A DNA stretch of 64,000 nt from Candidatus Multivoradales bacterium (GCA_965223325.1 CBDCWI010000002.1:3328001-3392000), one strand, 5' to 3'. Positions 1 through 10,147 are shown, counted from the first letter of the stretch. Translations and numbers: made by a program. Notes: generated from the letters alone by a model not told the origin.

Positions 1-28
1 GGTAGAGCACCAGGTTGGTTGCCGTCAT
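1..28 (-). CDS. 5' end of a gene running off the left edge (MTATNLVLY...)
   Basis: ATG at 28 preceded by a purine-rich AGGCAGGAAA; frame is open to the edge; only 9 codons visible. Confidence 0.35.
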
Positions 29-165
29 GGGGTTTCCTGCCTTTCGTTTGGGACGCCAAAGCCCATCGCAACCTACGATCTTAGCCGATTCCTACTTTTT
101 CCGCGAACAGGCTCGTGGTCATCACGACGAGGGAGGGATCTCGAGACAGGTGCCGAACGCGGGCG

Positions 166-3100
166 TCAGAAGGGACCGAGCATGCCGAAGAGGGCGCCGG
201 CCGCCTCGGGATCGACCGTCTCGACCACCATGGTCTGGTCGCCATCGTCTTCGACCACGATCAACCGGACGGTCTGGCTCCCCGATCCCGCGAAGCTGTG
301 CGTCACATTCTTGCCGGTGGCGTCGATCGCTCCGTCGCCATTCCAGTCCCATCGAAACTCAACCACGTTCCCCGTCGCGCCGTTGCGCGCCTCAGCGTGG
401 AAGTCACAAGACAGACCCGAGCACTGGTAGCCGATGGCTGCTGTCGGAGGTGTACCACCGACAGCGACACCCTGGGCTACCGAGGCGACCTGACCATCTC
501 CGTCCCACACGCGCAGGGTCACCTGATAGGCACCGGCGGCCGGGTAGTCGAAGCTCGGCCGAGGCCCGGTGGCGTCAACGGTGCCGTTGCCATCGAAGTC
601 CCACTCCCAGGTCACAACGCCGACATCGTCCGAGGAGCTCGAGCCGTCGAAAGAGCAGGCCTGATCGTCGCAGGACCAGATGAACGAAGCACTCGGCGGA
701 GCGCTGGTTATCGTCACGACGTGGGTCTCGGAGTCGCTGTTGCCGTCTCCATCGAGGACCGTAAGCCGGACGGCGTGACTGCCAGACTGGGAAAAGTTGT
801 GCCGGACCTCTACACCAGTTGTGTCGACCGTGCCACTGCTGTCGAAGTCCCACTGGTACGTGACCACGGAAAGATCGTCGGTCGAGCCAGAGCCGTCGAA
901 CGTGCAGGAGAGAGCGTCGCACGACCAGTTAAAGGCCGCGGTCGGCGGGGCACTCGCCACGGTGACGACCTTGGTCTCGGAGTCGCTGTTGCTGTCTCCG
1001 TCGAAGACCACGAGCCGCACCGGGTAGCTGCCCGCCAGCGGGAACGTGTACTGGGCCTGGACACCGGACGCGTCGACCGTGCCGTTGTCGTCGAAGTCCC
1101 ACTGGTAGGCAACCACCGACAGATCGTCGGTTGAGCCAGAGCCATCGAAGGTGCACGTACGGAAGGTACAAGCAAAGGTAAAGGCAGCCGATGGCGGGCT
1201 GGTGACGGTCACGGACTTCTGGACCGTCGCCGATTCACCTTCGTCGTCGAACACGGTGAGCCTGACCAGGTAGGTACCCGAGGTGGCGAAGGAATGGCTC
1301 GGCGTTTCGCCTGATGCGTCATCGCTGCCGTTGCTCGTCCAGTCCCAGGCGTACGAAACCACCGCCACATCGTCGCTCGAGGAAGAGGCGTCGAAGTCGC
1401 ACACCAGGGCGTCACACTGCCAGGTGAAATCGGCCGTCGGTGCACGCGACTCAACCACGGTGTTAGCCGCAAACATCGACGTATCGTCGTTCTCGGTGCC
1501 GGTCCCGGTGACCGCGTCGCCGAGCATCAGGTCAGCCGGATCGGGCGCGATGGCGAAACTGCCGTCGCCGGCAGCGACGATCGAACCGAGAAAGAGAGCA
1601 CCCTCGCCCGCACCGCTGGGATCGGGTACGGCCCGAAAGACCTCCACAATGCAACCGGCGCAGGCGGTCCCTTCGATCAAGCCGCGCGACGCGCTGGAAA
1701 TCGTTGGCACAGGGTTGGGTGGATCGTTGACGTGCAGAATGCCAAGCCCCTCGTTCTCGAAGAACGAGTTGTTCGACACGGTGATCTCGTCGGTGGGAAG
1801 CAGGCGCTCGGTGCCCGCCGAAACCCGCAGGCCAGGCCCCTTGTTGTAGGCAACGACATTGCCGGGCCCTACCATGACGTCGAGTGTCCCGTCCTGGATG
1901 AAAATCCCAAACGTCTCGTTGGGCGCCGCGACTCCAGAGGGGTAGAGACCGACGTAGTTGCCGTCGATGATGACGTCCTCGACATCCTTGAAGGTCCGGA
2001 TGCCACCGGCCTGGTTGTGAACTACGACATTGTTCCGAACCGTGATGTCGTGCGGCTCGTCTTCGATTCCGATGCCGTAGAGACCGTTACCCCATACCGG
2101 GTTGGTGCTCGACAGGAACGGATCGCCACCGATGATGTTGTCCTCGATCAGGTGGCTATGGTTCGACAGAGTGTGTGAAACCTCGATGCCGGCCAGTCTG
2201 CTGGCGACGATGACATTCCCACGGATGGTCGTGCGAATCGCGCCGCCGTTGAGATCGACGGCGTGGCTGCTGTTACCGGCTGGAGTGAGTCCATCGGGAC
2301 TCACTCCGATGTAGTTGTTCTCGATCACGTTGTCCCAGGTGAAGGAGTTGCGGACATCGATCGCTCGATTGCCGTGCACCACCACGTTGCGATCCGCCGG
2401 CAGCGGACCACCAAAGACGTTGCGCTGAGCGCCGTAGAACAAGCGCACCGCCGTACTCGGCCCTTCCTCGCCGCTCTCGTCAGCACTCAGCCCCAGCCAT
2501 AGCCCGGACATCGTGTTGTCGGTCGCCTGGCGACCCTGGACCAGCAGGGCGTAGGACCTGACGTCCCAGATCGAAAGTCCTCGCAGCACATTGTGCGCTC
2601 CCAGAATCTCGAAGCCTCGTTCGCTTTCGTTGTCGCTGGTGATCTCGATCTGGAGCACCGCATCAGAACCCACGGCGAGAGTGTTTGGCGACGAACCCGG
2701 CTGACTGAAACCGTCGATGGTGGTCCCACCGAAGGCGTCGTAGAGCGGCGGCAGTTCTCGGTCGATCTCAATGACGTGCGGACCAACCCCGGGTATGGCG
2801 AACTGGATCAGGGTCGGCGCACCGTCAAGCGCTGCTTCCTGTAGTGCCGCGCGCAGAGAACACTCGGCCGACGAGGTCCAACAGAACCCGTCACCGGGTG
2901 AGGTATCGAAGGCGTCGCTGGTTGTATCGACGGTAAAGGTTCGCGGCGCACCCGGCGTCGCACCGACCGGAAACACTTCCACTTCGGTGAGGCGCAGGGT
3001 GGCTTCGTTCTCGAGCTGGATACGCACATAGCGGCCGGTGCGGTCGGGTGCTTCGATGTGCACGATGCCGCGCTCTCCGTCCGCCGGGCCAGTGTGGTGA

Positions 3101-3501
3101 AACGCGCTGACCCCAGGCTGGAGCAGGGTCGTTGCCAGATCGGTGCTGTCGAAAGGCACATCCGAGACCAGGACGTAGAAGTCGGCCAGATCTTCCTTGC
3201 CGAAGTCCCGGCGGTTCCAGATCCGGATCTCAGCCAGGTCGTAGACCGCCCCGAGATCGACTTGCCACCAGGGGGACTGCTCGTCCCAGGTCTGGCTGAC
3301 GGATCCGTTGCCGAAGTTTCCGTCGTAACCACCGTCAGCAGCGCGGCTGGCATCGGCACCACTCGCAACGGTCGACTGTGACACCGAGGCCCCGAACACC
3401 AGATTGGGAGTCTGGGCAAGGACCGCAGGAGTCGCCACCAGGAGCACGGCAAGGAACGAAGAGGTCGCGAGAGCACGAAAAGAGGAAGAAGTAAAGAACA
3501 T
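166..3501 (-). CDS. Large secreted protein: F5/8C (fucolectin-like) domain + CSLREA domain + right-handed beta-helix + 5 PKD domains
   Basis: Signal peptide; PWWQVDLG...IRIWNR; CSLRAAL motif; parallel beta-helix repeats (IENNYIG, IEDNIIG, IDGNYVG); five PPxAxF..WDFDxxG..Y.VxLxVxD PKD repeats. Confidence 0.88.
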   Translation of the reverse strand: MFFTSSSFRALATSSFLAVLLVATPAVLAQTPNLVFGASVSQSTVASGADASRAADGGYDGNFGNGSVSQTWDEQSPWWQVDLGAVYDLAEIRIWNRRDFGKEDLADFYVLVSDVPFDSTDLATTLLQPGVSAFHHTGPADGERGIVHIEAPDRTGRYVRIQLENEATLRLTEVEVFPVGATPGAPRTFTVDTTSDAFDTSPGDGFCWTSSAECSLRAALQEAALDGAPTLIQFAIPGVGPHVIEIDRELPPLYDAFGGTTIDGFSQPGSSPNTLAVGSDAVLQIEITSDNESERGFEILGAHNVLRGLSIWDVRSYALLVQGRQATDNTMSGLWLGLSADESGEEGPSTAVRLFYGAQRNVFGGPLPADRNVVVHGNRAIDVRNSFTWDNVIENNYIGVSPDGLTPAGNSSHAVDLNGGAIRTTIRGNVIVASRLAGIEVSHTLSNHSHLIEDNIIGGDPFLSSTNPVWGNGLYGIGIEDEPHDITVRNNVVVHNQAGGIRTFKDVEDVIIDGNYVGLYPSGVAAPNETFGIFIQDGTLDVMVGPGNVVAYNKGPGLRVSAGTERLLPTDEITVSNNSFFENEGLGILHVNDPPNPVPTISSASRGLIEGTACAGCIVEVFRAVPDPSGAGEGALFLGSIVAAGDGSFAIAPDPADLMLGDAVTGTGTENDDTSMFAANTVVESRAPTADFTWQCDALVCDFDASSSSDDVAVVSYAWDWTSNGSDDASGETPSHSFATSGTYLVRLTVFDDEGESATVQKSVTVTSPPSAAFTFACTFRTCTFDGSGSTDDLSVVAYQWDFDDNGTVDASGVQAQYTFPLAGSYPVRLVVFDGDSNSDSETKVVTVASAPPTAAFNWSCDALSCTFDGSGSTDDLSVVTYQWDFDSSGTVDTTGVEVRHNFSQSGSHAVRLTVLDGDGNSDSETHVVTITSAPPSASFIWSCDDQACSFDGSSSSDDVGVVTWEWDFDGNGTVDATGPRPSFDYPAAGAYQVTLRVWDGDGQVASVAQGVAVGGTPPTAAIGYQCSGLSCDFHAEARNGATGNVVEFRWDWNGDGAIDATGKNVTHSFAGSGSQTVRLIVVEDDGDQTMVVETVDPEAAGALFGMLGPF
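700..1200 (-). repeat. Near-identical intragenic PKD repeat units, 249-bp period
   Basis: GGTCTCGGAGTCGCTGTTGC at 724 and 973; GTCGAAGTCCCACTGGTA at 841 and 1090. Confidence 0.85.
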
Positions 3502-3823
3502 ATTGAAACTCGATCAATCGATTAAATTGAAGAAAAACAAGTATCGCTGCCTCGCAGAGATACAACCTCGGGCGGGTACTCGAAGGCTAGCAGGGCAGAG
3601 GCCGATTGATACACGCCTGGCTGCTCACACGCACCTTTCCGTAGAGCAAGTTCGAGGCCAACGTTTTGCGCCCGTTTCCGTGCCCTCGAAAGAACCCTGA
3701 AACCCGCAAATTTGCGTAAAACCAATCTGCTATCTTCTCGTGACTTCATCGTGTCAGCAGTCGCTGCAGCCCCGTCTAGATGTCGCGGCGCCGAGGCCTG
3801 CTGTCTCATCTGGGGAGTTATCC

Positions 3824-4789
3824 ATGTTTTCTTTTGCCTGGCGCGGCGGCGTCCCAGCCGTCATCAGCCTCTGCATGGTGTTCTTCGCGTTCTGGTTTCC
3901 CACCCAGCCGCTTGCGGCACAAGATCCATTCGAGACCCAGGTCCTGGCGAATCTCGAACCCACCAACATCACCGAAGCGTCAGGTCTCGCAGCGTCCCGG
4001 CGTCGCTCCGAGATGCTCTGGGTGCACAACGACTCCGGAGACGGTCCGGTCGTCTACGCAATCGATCTCCAGGGCCGCTGGCGTGGCGACGTCCGCCTGG
4101 ACGGCGTCTCGGCGGCAGACTGGGAAGACATGGCAAGCGGTTTCGATCCTCACACCGGCCAACCGGTACTTTTCGCCGGCGACATCGGTGACAACGGACA
4201 CAGCCGCAGCGAGATCCTCGTCCATCGCCTCGTGGAACCAGAGGTCCACTGGAACGCCCCGGAAAGTCGCACCATCTCTGGCTACTCCACGTTCCGTTTC
4301 CAGTACCCAGACGGACCGCGCGACGCCGAGGCCCTGTTGTACGACTCGCTCTCGGGCGACCTCTACATCATCTCGAAGGCGACCGATCACGCCAACCTCT
4401 ATCGCTCAACAGCTCCGCACCCGACTTCCGGCGTCCGCACGCTCGAGAAGCTCGGTACGTTCCCCTATGGCTGGGTCACGGCGGCCGACCTCTCACCCAA
4501 CGGCCTGCGCCTGTTGGTCAAGACCTACGGCTGGGTGCTTGGCTACAAGCTGCCGCGGCCCGAAAACCGACGCGCGCGCCTCGAGGTCACGCCCCAGCTC
4601 GAGTCGGAGCGTCTGCCCTACGTCCAGGAACCACAAGGGGAGACCGTCGCCTGGAATGCATACGCTAAGGACTTCTACACCCTTAGCGAGGGCTTTCAGG
4701 TGCCTTTCTATCGCTATCGAAGCCTCGGTCGATACGACGGATTCGAAAGCGGCGACACCGCGCACTGGACGACCAGCACCACAGAGTAA
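3824..4789 (+). CDS. Secreted probable beta-propeller protein (EASGLAAS / HNDSG / DWEDM / GDIGDN family) with C-terminal DGFESGD motif
   Basis: GGAG RBS before ATG 3824; signal peptide; conserved family motifs; C-terminal YDGFESGDTAHW. Confidence 0.8.
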   Translation: MFSFAWRGGVPAVISLCMVFFAFWFPTQPLAAQDPFETQVLANLEPTNITEASGLAASRRRSEMLWVHNDSGDGPVVYAIDLQGRWRGDVRLDGVSAADWEDMASGFDPHTGQPVLFAGDIGDNGHSRSEILVHRLVEPEVHWNAPESRTISGYSTFRFQYPDGPRDAEALLYDSLSGDLYIISKATDHANLYRSTAPHPTSGVRTLEKLGTFPYGWVTAADLSPNGLRLLVKTYGWVLGYKLPRPENRRARLEVTPQLESERLPYVQEPQGETVAWNAYAKDFYTLSEGFQVPFYRYRSLGRYDGFESGDTAHWTTSTTE

Positions 4790-4807
4790 TCTGCGCGTAA
4801 TCTGCGC
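4786..4807. repeat. 11-bp tandem direct repeat GTAATCTGCGC x2
   Basis: Exact copies at 4786-4796 and 4797-4807. Confidence 0.7.
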
Positions 4808-4968
4808 CACTGAGTCGTAGTAAGAGAACGGCCCTCCTCTCGGCAAGAGCCTCGGCCCACCGATTGCATGCCACCGTTCCAAGGTGGCTTGCTGCTCCGT
4901 GCCGCTTCGACCCAGCGCTTGTTGGCGAGCACCAGTGCCCAGCGGACAAGAGCCGCCGCCCCATCCTC

Positions 4969-5931
4969 ATGTTTGAATCTTTCAATAGAGCACTTGCCGA
5001 AGACTTGGACCGTTCGCCGAAGAAGAAGGAACGCCACCTGGTCGAGAACCTCGCCCGGGTCGGCGCCATGCAGGCTTTGCGCGGCCTTGGAACCCTCACC
5101 GCCTGGGCGCGGCCCCTGCCTGATTTTCTGCTCATTGGCGGTAAGCGCTGCGGCTCGACGAGCTTCTTCCACACCCTCGGCCAACATCCGAACGTACTGC
5201 CTCTGTTTCCGGACAAGAGGTTTCTGCCGATGCAGGAGAACCTCAAGGGGGTGCGCTACTTCGACTCCAACGCCGACCGCTCGGCGGCCTGGTATCGGTC
5301 TCACTTCCCGACCAGCTTGACTCGCAGTCTGCGCCGCCGCCGCCGCAACGGGCCGGTCATCAGCGGCGAAGGTAGTCCTTACTACCTCTTCGAACCGAAC
5401 GCACCACGACGGGCAGCAAAGCTCGTGGGCGCAGCCCGGGTCGTCGTGGTATTACGCGATCCGGTCGAGCGCGCTTGGTCGCATTTCCGAGACGAGCGCC
5501 GCTGCGGGCGTGAGCCACTCGACGACTTCGTTGTCGCCCTCGATCGCGAAACCGGCCGGCTGAGCGCGGACAAAAACGACGAAGCAGGCCATCCTCCGCT
5601 GGCTTTCCGGCGCGAGCACTTCGGATACCGCTGGCAGGGTGAATACGCCACCGCGCTCGAGCGATGGTTCGAGTATTTCGATCGCACACAGGTTCTGGTT
5701 CTCTTCGACACCGACCTCTATGGCGATCCCGAGCCCCACTGGCGTCGCGCCACCGAGCACCTCGAGATTCCGGCTTGGAAGAACGCCCCGACGGCGCGCC
5801 ATATGAACCAGGCCAGCGCTGTTGACATGCCGGCCGAAGCGCGGTCAGAACTCGCCCTTCACTACCGCGAGTTCGATCGGGAACTTTCGGATCTACTCGA
5901 ACGCCCGCTGCCCTGGGCCCAGAGAGCGTAG
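4969..5931 (+). CDS. Sulfotransferase (PAPS-dependent); start uncertain
   Basis: 5'-PSB loop FLLIGGKRCGSTS; 3'-PB motif LRDPVERAWS; SGEGSPYY. Confidence 0.88.
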   Translation: MFESFNRALAEDLDRSPKKKERHLVENLARVGAMQALRGLGTLTAWARPLPDFLLIGGKRCGSTSFFHTLGQHPNVLPLFPDKRFLPMQENLKGVRYFDSNADRSAAWYRSHFPTSLTRSLRRRRRNGPVISGEGSPYYLFEPNAPRRAAKLVGAARVVVVLRDPVERAWSHFRDERRCGREPLDDFVVALDRETGRLSADKNDEAGHPPLAFRREHFGYRWQGEYATALERWFEYFDRTQVLVLFDTDLYGDPEPHWRRATEHLEIPAWKNAPTARHMNQASAVDMPAEARSELALHYREFDRELSDLLERPLPWAQRA

Positions 5932-5933
5932 CG

Positions 5934-6899
5934 GTGAGCGGCCAACCGTTCACCAGCGTTCGGTACCCGCCGCGCCTCGGCCACCTGCGCATCGCGACGG
6001 CGCCGCGCACCCGGAGTGCGGCGGGCCTCTGCCTCTACACGCCGTCGCGTCCTCGAGCGCGAGCCGCCCATCGACTCGCCTTCCGTTTCGTGTCGCTATT
6101 TGGAACCCGGCTGCTACCCGATCGAAGGACGGACTGGTCTCCTCACGCATTGTCGAGAGAGACCTGGACCGAGGCACTCGACAGCCTGGTCGACAACTAC
6201 GGTGATCTCGCGCTGGCCGGCGTACACAGCCGGAGAACCGACTTTGGCTTTCCTTCGGTAGGCGTCCTGGTCGAGCTCGCCCAACCGCTCACCATCACGT
6301 CGTGCCGCAGCAAGAGTGACGCGGCTTCGGCCAAACGTCGCCAGTGTCGGCGCCTGTTCGTCCAGATCGTCGAAGCCGCTCCTGCCGGCGCCCTCCCCAA
6401 CGCCGAGACGCTTCAAACGATCGCCTCTCGGCTCGACACCGCGCGCACGCCGACCGTGGTCGGCTGCCAGGAGAACGAGCGCTGGCAGTGGTTCGCCTGG
6501 GAGGCCATGCCACCGGTTCCTCATGCACCGGTCCTCGAGAACATCGAGGCGATCTGCAGTGACCTCAACCGGGCTCTTCGGCCGGTGTTCGGCAAAGACG
6601 ACACGTCCGCCGACTGGCGACCCATGCACGGCGACCTCACCCCCTGGAACCTGCGCTCGACCGGTGACGGCCTGCCCTGGATCCTCGACTGGGATGACAT
6701 CGCCCTGGCTCCACCAGGCGCCGACCTGGCGCACTTCTGGGGAGCCGCCGTCGGTATCGACCTGGTCTCGCCAGAGGCACCAGCACCGGACGCGGTCGCC
6801 GGAGCAGCCATTCGCTTCTGGCTCGAGGACTGGCAGGGGGGTCGGCCCCTGGCTCCCGAGACCGCGCGCGGACTGCGCGCCATGCTCGCCCGAAAGTGA
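5934..6899 (+). CDS. APH/choline-kinase-like phosphotransferase
   Basis: Brenner motif HGDLTPWN and ILDWDD; starts 2 nt after the sulfotransferase stop. Confidence 0.78.
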   Translation: MSGQPFTSVRYPPRLGHLRIATAPRTRSAAGLCLYTPSRPRARAAHRLAFRFVSLFGTRLLPDRRTDWSPHALSRETWTEALDSLVDNYGDLALAGVHSRRTDFGFPSVGVLVELAQPLTITSCRSKSDAASAKRRQCRRLFVQIVEAAPAGALPNAETLQTIASRLDTARTPTVVGCQENERWQWFAWEAMPPVPHAPVLENIEAICSDLNRALRPVFGKDDTSADWRPMHGDLTPWNLRSTGDGLPWILDWDDIALAPPGADLAHFWGAAVGIDLVSPEAPAPDAVAGAAIRFWLEDWQGGRPLAPETARGLRAMLARK

Positions 6900-6902
6900 G
6901 AG

Positions 6903-8465
6903 TCAGACTCGAGTCGTCGACCCGGGAGCGAGTTCATCGAGCAACGGCGCCGGGCCACCAGGCTCCAGACCACCAGTCATCGCTTCGACATATCGAGCGC
7001 GGCCAACCGGGTGCAGAACGGTCAGCCCAACACCGACCACCGCCCAGAACCAGAGCCCACCCTGCGGTCCCTCGTGGTACACGTCAAAGAGTGCGTTGAA
7101 CATCGAAGCGCTCCAGAACAACAGCACCCACAGCGAGAGGCGGGCGACCGGATCGGCGAGGGCACCACGGGTTCGCGAGCGCCAGTAGAGCCGCAGCATC
7201 GAGAGCACGAACACACCCTGCAGCAAGAGCCAGATCAGCGCACCGGGAACTCCCGAGCGTGCCAGGACCGTCATCAGGATGCTGTGTGGGCTGCGCAGAT
7301 CAGGACCCGAAGTGTCTCGATGGTGGCCGACCTCCTCGGCAATGTTGGGACCGTAGCCAGCTCCGGTCCAGAAGCGCGGCCCAAAGACCGTGTCGTCAAC
7401 GATGTGCTCCCACCAGGTGAGGCGCCAGGCCTTGGTGCCATCGAGCCCGAGCTCATCCGACGAGCCAAAGATGCTGGCTACGTTGGTGATCAGACCGGTC
7501 GCCGAGATGGTGCGTCCAGAGCGCGTTTCGAACTCCTTGCCTGAGGCAGCCAGAAGGGCAAACCCCCAGATCGCCAGGGCAAAGAAGGGTAGCCAGCGGT
7601 ACCAACGGCCGTGCAGAAGGAGCACGATGCAGCCGACGATGATGGCGAGCAATCCACCGCGTGTGTAACCAGTGATCAAGAGTGTCGCGAGACCGAAGAC
7701 CGGCCAGATCAAGAATCCCAACCGCCGTTCGCGGTAGTCGACCGCCAGAAAGAAGAATCCGAACAGCGCGACGAGATGAACCGCCAGGTCGCCCGGCTTG
7801 GCACTCGGCAGGTCGAAGTTGGTGCCGGGAATCTCGGCATCCCCGGTCACCAGGCGCATGAGGAGAAAGAACGCGTGCAAACACAGAAAGAACGGAACTC
7901 CTCGCCCGTAGGCGCGCACCAGTCGGTCCAGGCCTCCGTCACCGATCAAGACACCGGCAACGGCGACCGCAAAGAGCGCATAGCCCCAAGTCACACCGTC
8001 GCGGAGCGCATCGACTCCCCAGCTGCCGAGTTGCGGGAAGGTGCCCATCGCCCCCACCAACGCAAACACCAGGATCAACCAGACCACCGGTTGACGCAGG
8101 ACGTCGCGCCAGCGCCCGCGCACCAGAAACGTCGTCATGCCAACCGCGAACAACACCTCACCGATGTAGAGCGGATGAAATCCAAGGTACGCAAACTCGC
8201 GCCCGAGCATGAGATAGCCACCCATCACGAAGCCAAGGAGGGCGATGAACGGCCGATGGGTGCGCCAGGCAATCGTGATCAGAACAGCGAAGACAAAGCC
8301 GCCAACTGGCAGCGCGGCAAGCCGCAGGTCGCGCGACAACAGGTAGCCCGCCGCCAAGCCAGCCAGGGCAACACCCGCCGGCACTAGCCACTGCAGGAGA
8401 GCCTCGCCGGGCCGGCTTCCGCGAGACGCGGAATCCGAGACGCTCGACGGAAAGCTGCGGCTCAT
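6903..8465 (-). CDS. O-antigen ligase / Wzy polymerase family membrane protein
   Basis: Many TM segments; TRGGLL, WRL..W and SPHS..L..SG..G motifs typical of Wzy_C; directly follows the GumC gene. Confidence 0.82.
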   Translation of the reverse strand: MSRSFPSSVSDSASRGSRPGEALLQWLVPAGVALAGLAAGYLLSRDLRLAALPVGGFVFAVLITIAWRTHRPFIALLGFVMGGYLMLGREFAYLGFHPLYIGEVLFAVGMTTFLVRGRWRDVLRQPVVWLILVFALVGAMGTFPQLGSWGVDALRDGVTWGYALFAVAVAGVLIGDGGLDRLVRAYGRGVPFFLCLHAFFLLMRLVTGDAEIPGTNFDLPSAKPGDLAVHLVALFGFFFLAVDYRERRLGFLIWPVFGLATLLITGYTRGGLLAIIVGCIVLLLHGRWYRWLPFFALAIWGFALLAASGKEFETRSGRTISATGLITNVASIFGSSDELGLDGTKAWRLTWWEHIVDDTVFGPRFWTGAGYGPNIAEEVGHHRDTSGPDLRSPHSILMTVLARSGVPGALIWLLLQGVFVLSMLRLYWRSRTRGALADPVARLSLWVLLFWSASMFNALFDVYHEGPQGGLWFWAVVGVGLTVLHPVGRARYVEAMTGGLEPGGPAPLLDELAPGSTTRV

Positions 8466-8469
8466 GGTC

Positions 8470-9975
8470 TTAGCTGTGATCGACGACCGCCGCAATCATC
8501 GGGAGGTCGAGATCCCTTTCGATGTCGGTGCGGGTCGCGATCGTCGGGGCCAGGAGGGCGCTGAGATAGGCGATCACCAGGCCACCCATGCCACCGATGA
8601 GAATGGCCAGCGCCAGGTTGAGCATCGGCCTTGGCGATACCGGCCTGACCGGCAGGCGCGGCGCCCGCACGAGACTCACATTGACCATACGTTCACGATC
8701 CATCGCACTGCCGACGCGCGCTTCGTCGACCTTCTCCTGAAACAGCGCAACCTGCTGTTCGGCGGCTGCCATTTCTTTTTGTAGGCCCACCAGGTCGAGC
8801 GACGACTCGCTGAGCACCGCGAACTCCTGACGTTCCCGGGCGATGCCCTGCTCGAGCGCTCGACGGCGGCCGCGAATCGCCTGCAATTCGGTCTGCGCTC
8901 TCTGGAGCTCGAGCTTGAGCGTGTTGTAGATCGGGTTGGGCTCGGTGCCCGCGAACTCGCCGGCCGAGTTGCGGGCATTTGAGAGACGCTCGCGAGCGCT
9001 GGCGATCTGGACGTCGATCTGCTGCACACGCTGACTGGTCGGCGTGTAGCGCTGCAGAAGATCGTCGCGCTCGAGCTCGAGTGCGGTCACCGCGCGCTCC
9101 AGGTCTTCGACCGCAGCGCTGCCCTGGAACTGCCGATTGGAACTGGCGATCCGTTCCGGCTCGCGTGCGAACTCGGTACGCAACGACGCGACCCGTTCAG
9201 AAGCCTCACGCTCCTCGACCATGGCGTTGGCCAGATCCGCGCGAAAGCGCGTCAGGCGTTCACGAGAGCTCTCACTTTCAGCACCGAGCGGACGTTCGTC
9301 GCTCCCGTCGAGAAGATCTTCGACCCCACGTTCGCCGGCGCGCGAACGCAGGTTGACACGTGCCCTGTCGAGGCGCTGCTGCGCACCGGCCAGCTGCTCC
9401 TCGAAGAACGCCAGTGCCTCTCCCCCCTGGTGCATTGCAGTGCGGCGATCGATGTAGGCCTCGGTGAGGTGATGGACGACGTCTCGCGCCTCTTGCGGCT
9501 CGTCACTCTGGTAGGAGACCTGGATGACGTTCGAGCGCGGCACCGCTTGCACGTCGAGTGAGCCGAGCAACCAGCCGATGTTCTTGGTGCGCTCGGCCTC
9601 CTCTTCAGGCAGCGCGTTCATCCGCCTGAGGACGTCTTCGAGTAGATCGGTGCTGCGTAAGATCTGCACTTCCGAGTTGACGTCGGCCTCGCGGACCTCG
9701 CCGAGCACCAAGGGGTTGGCCTCGTTGGGTGTCAAGGCGACGTTGGCCCGCGAGCGTTTGACCAGAAGAGCGGCCGTCGACTCGTAGGAGCGAGGGGTCA
9801 AAGCGGTGAGAACGATCGCCGCAATGACCGTCGCTGCCAGAAAGAGGGCGCCGCGCTTCCAGAAGCGGGCCACCCGTTCGAGCGCATCGAGGATGACGTG
9901 GCGGTTCAGCCCTTCGGGCGAGACCGGGTCGTAGGGCGGGCGCTGGGAAGATCGCGGGGGGAGGGCGTTTCTCAT
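8470..9975 (-). CDS. GumC/Wzc N-terminal polysaccharide co-polymerase (chain-length determinant), no fused kinase
   Basis: TM - YESTA.LLV - long coiled coil - P..PVSP - TM - DIERDLDLPM architecture. Confidence 0.88.
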   Translation of the reverse strand: MRNALPPRSSQRPPYDPVSPEGLNRHVILDALERVARFWKRGALFLAATVIAAIVLTALTPRSYESTAALLVKRSRANVALTPNEANPLVLGEVREADVNSEVQILRSTDLLEDVLRRMNALPEEEAERTKNIGWLLGSLDVQAVPRSNVIQVSYQSDEPQEARDVVHHLTEAYIDRRTAMHQGGEALAFFEEQLAGAQQRLDRARVNLRSRAGERGVEDLLDGSDERPLGAESESSRERLTRFRADLANAMVEEREASERVASLRTEFAREPERIASSNRQFQGSAAVEDLERAVTALELERDDLLQRYTPTSQRVQQIDVQIASARERLSNARNSAGEFAGTEPNPIYNTLKLELQRAQTELQAIRGRRRALEQGIARERQEFAVLSESSLDLVGLQKEMAAAEQQVALFQEKVDEARVGSAMDRERMVNVSLVRAPRLPVRPVSPRPMLNLALAILIGGMGGLVIAYLSALLAPTIATRTDIERDLDLPMIAAVVDHS

Positions 9976-10147
9976 TGATACAGGATTCCTAGGGTGTCGC
10001 AACCTTACCGACAGCTTCGGGCATTCCCAAGGGTCGGATCGGACCGGACACCGGCATTCCCTGGACTAAACAGCAATGCTTATACCAGCTCGCGCCAGGA
10101 CCGCCGCCAGCAGTTGACACCCGCGCCACACCGATCGAGGATGACCC

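Noticed and set aside
700-1200. Periodic repeats considered as a CRISPR array or DGR template/variable pair
   Set aside because: The 249-bp in-frame period matches PKD domains; differences are not adenine-specific; no cas or reverse transcriptase gene is present.
3705-3716. Palindrome CGCAAATTTGCG in the divergent promoter region
   Set aside because: A single 12-bp palindrome with no second copy seen; plausible operator but unsupported.
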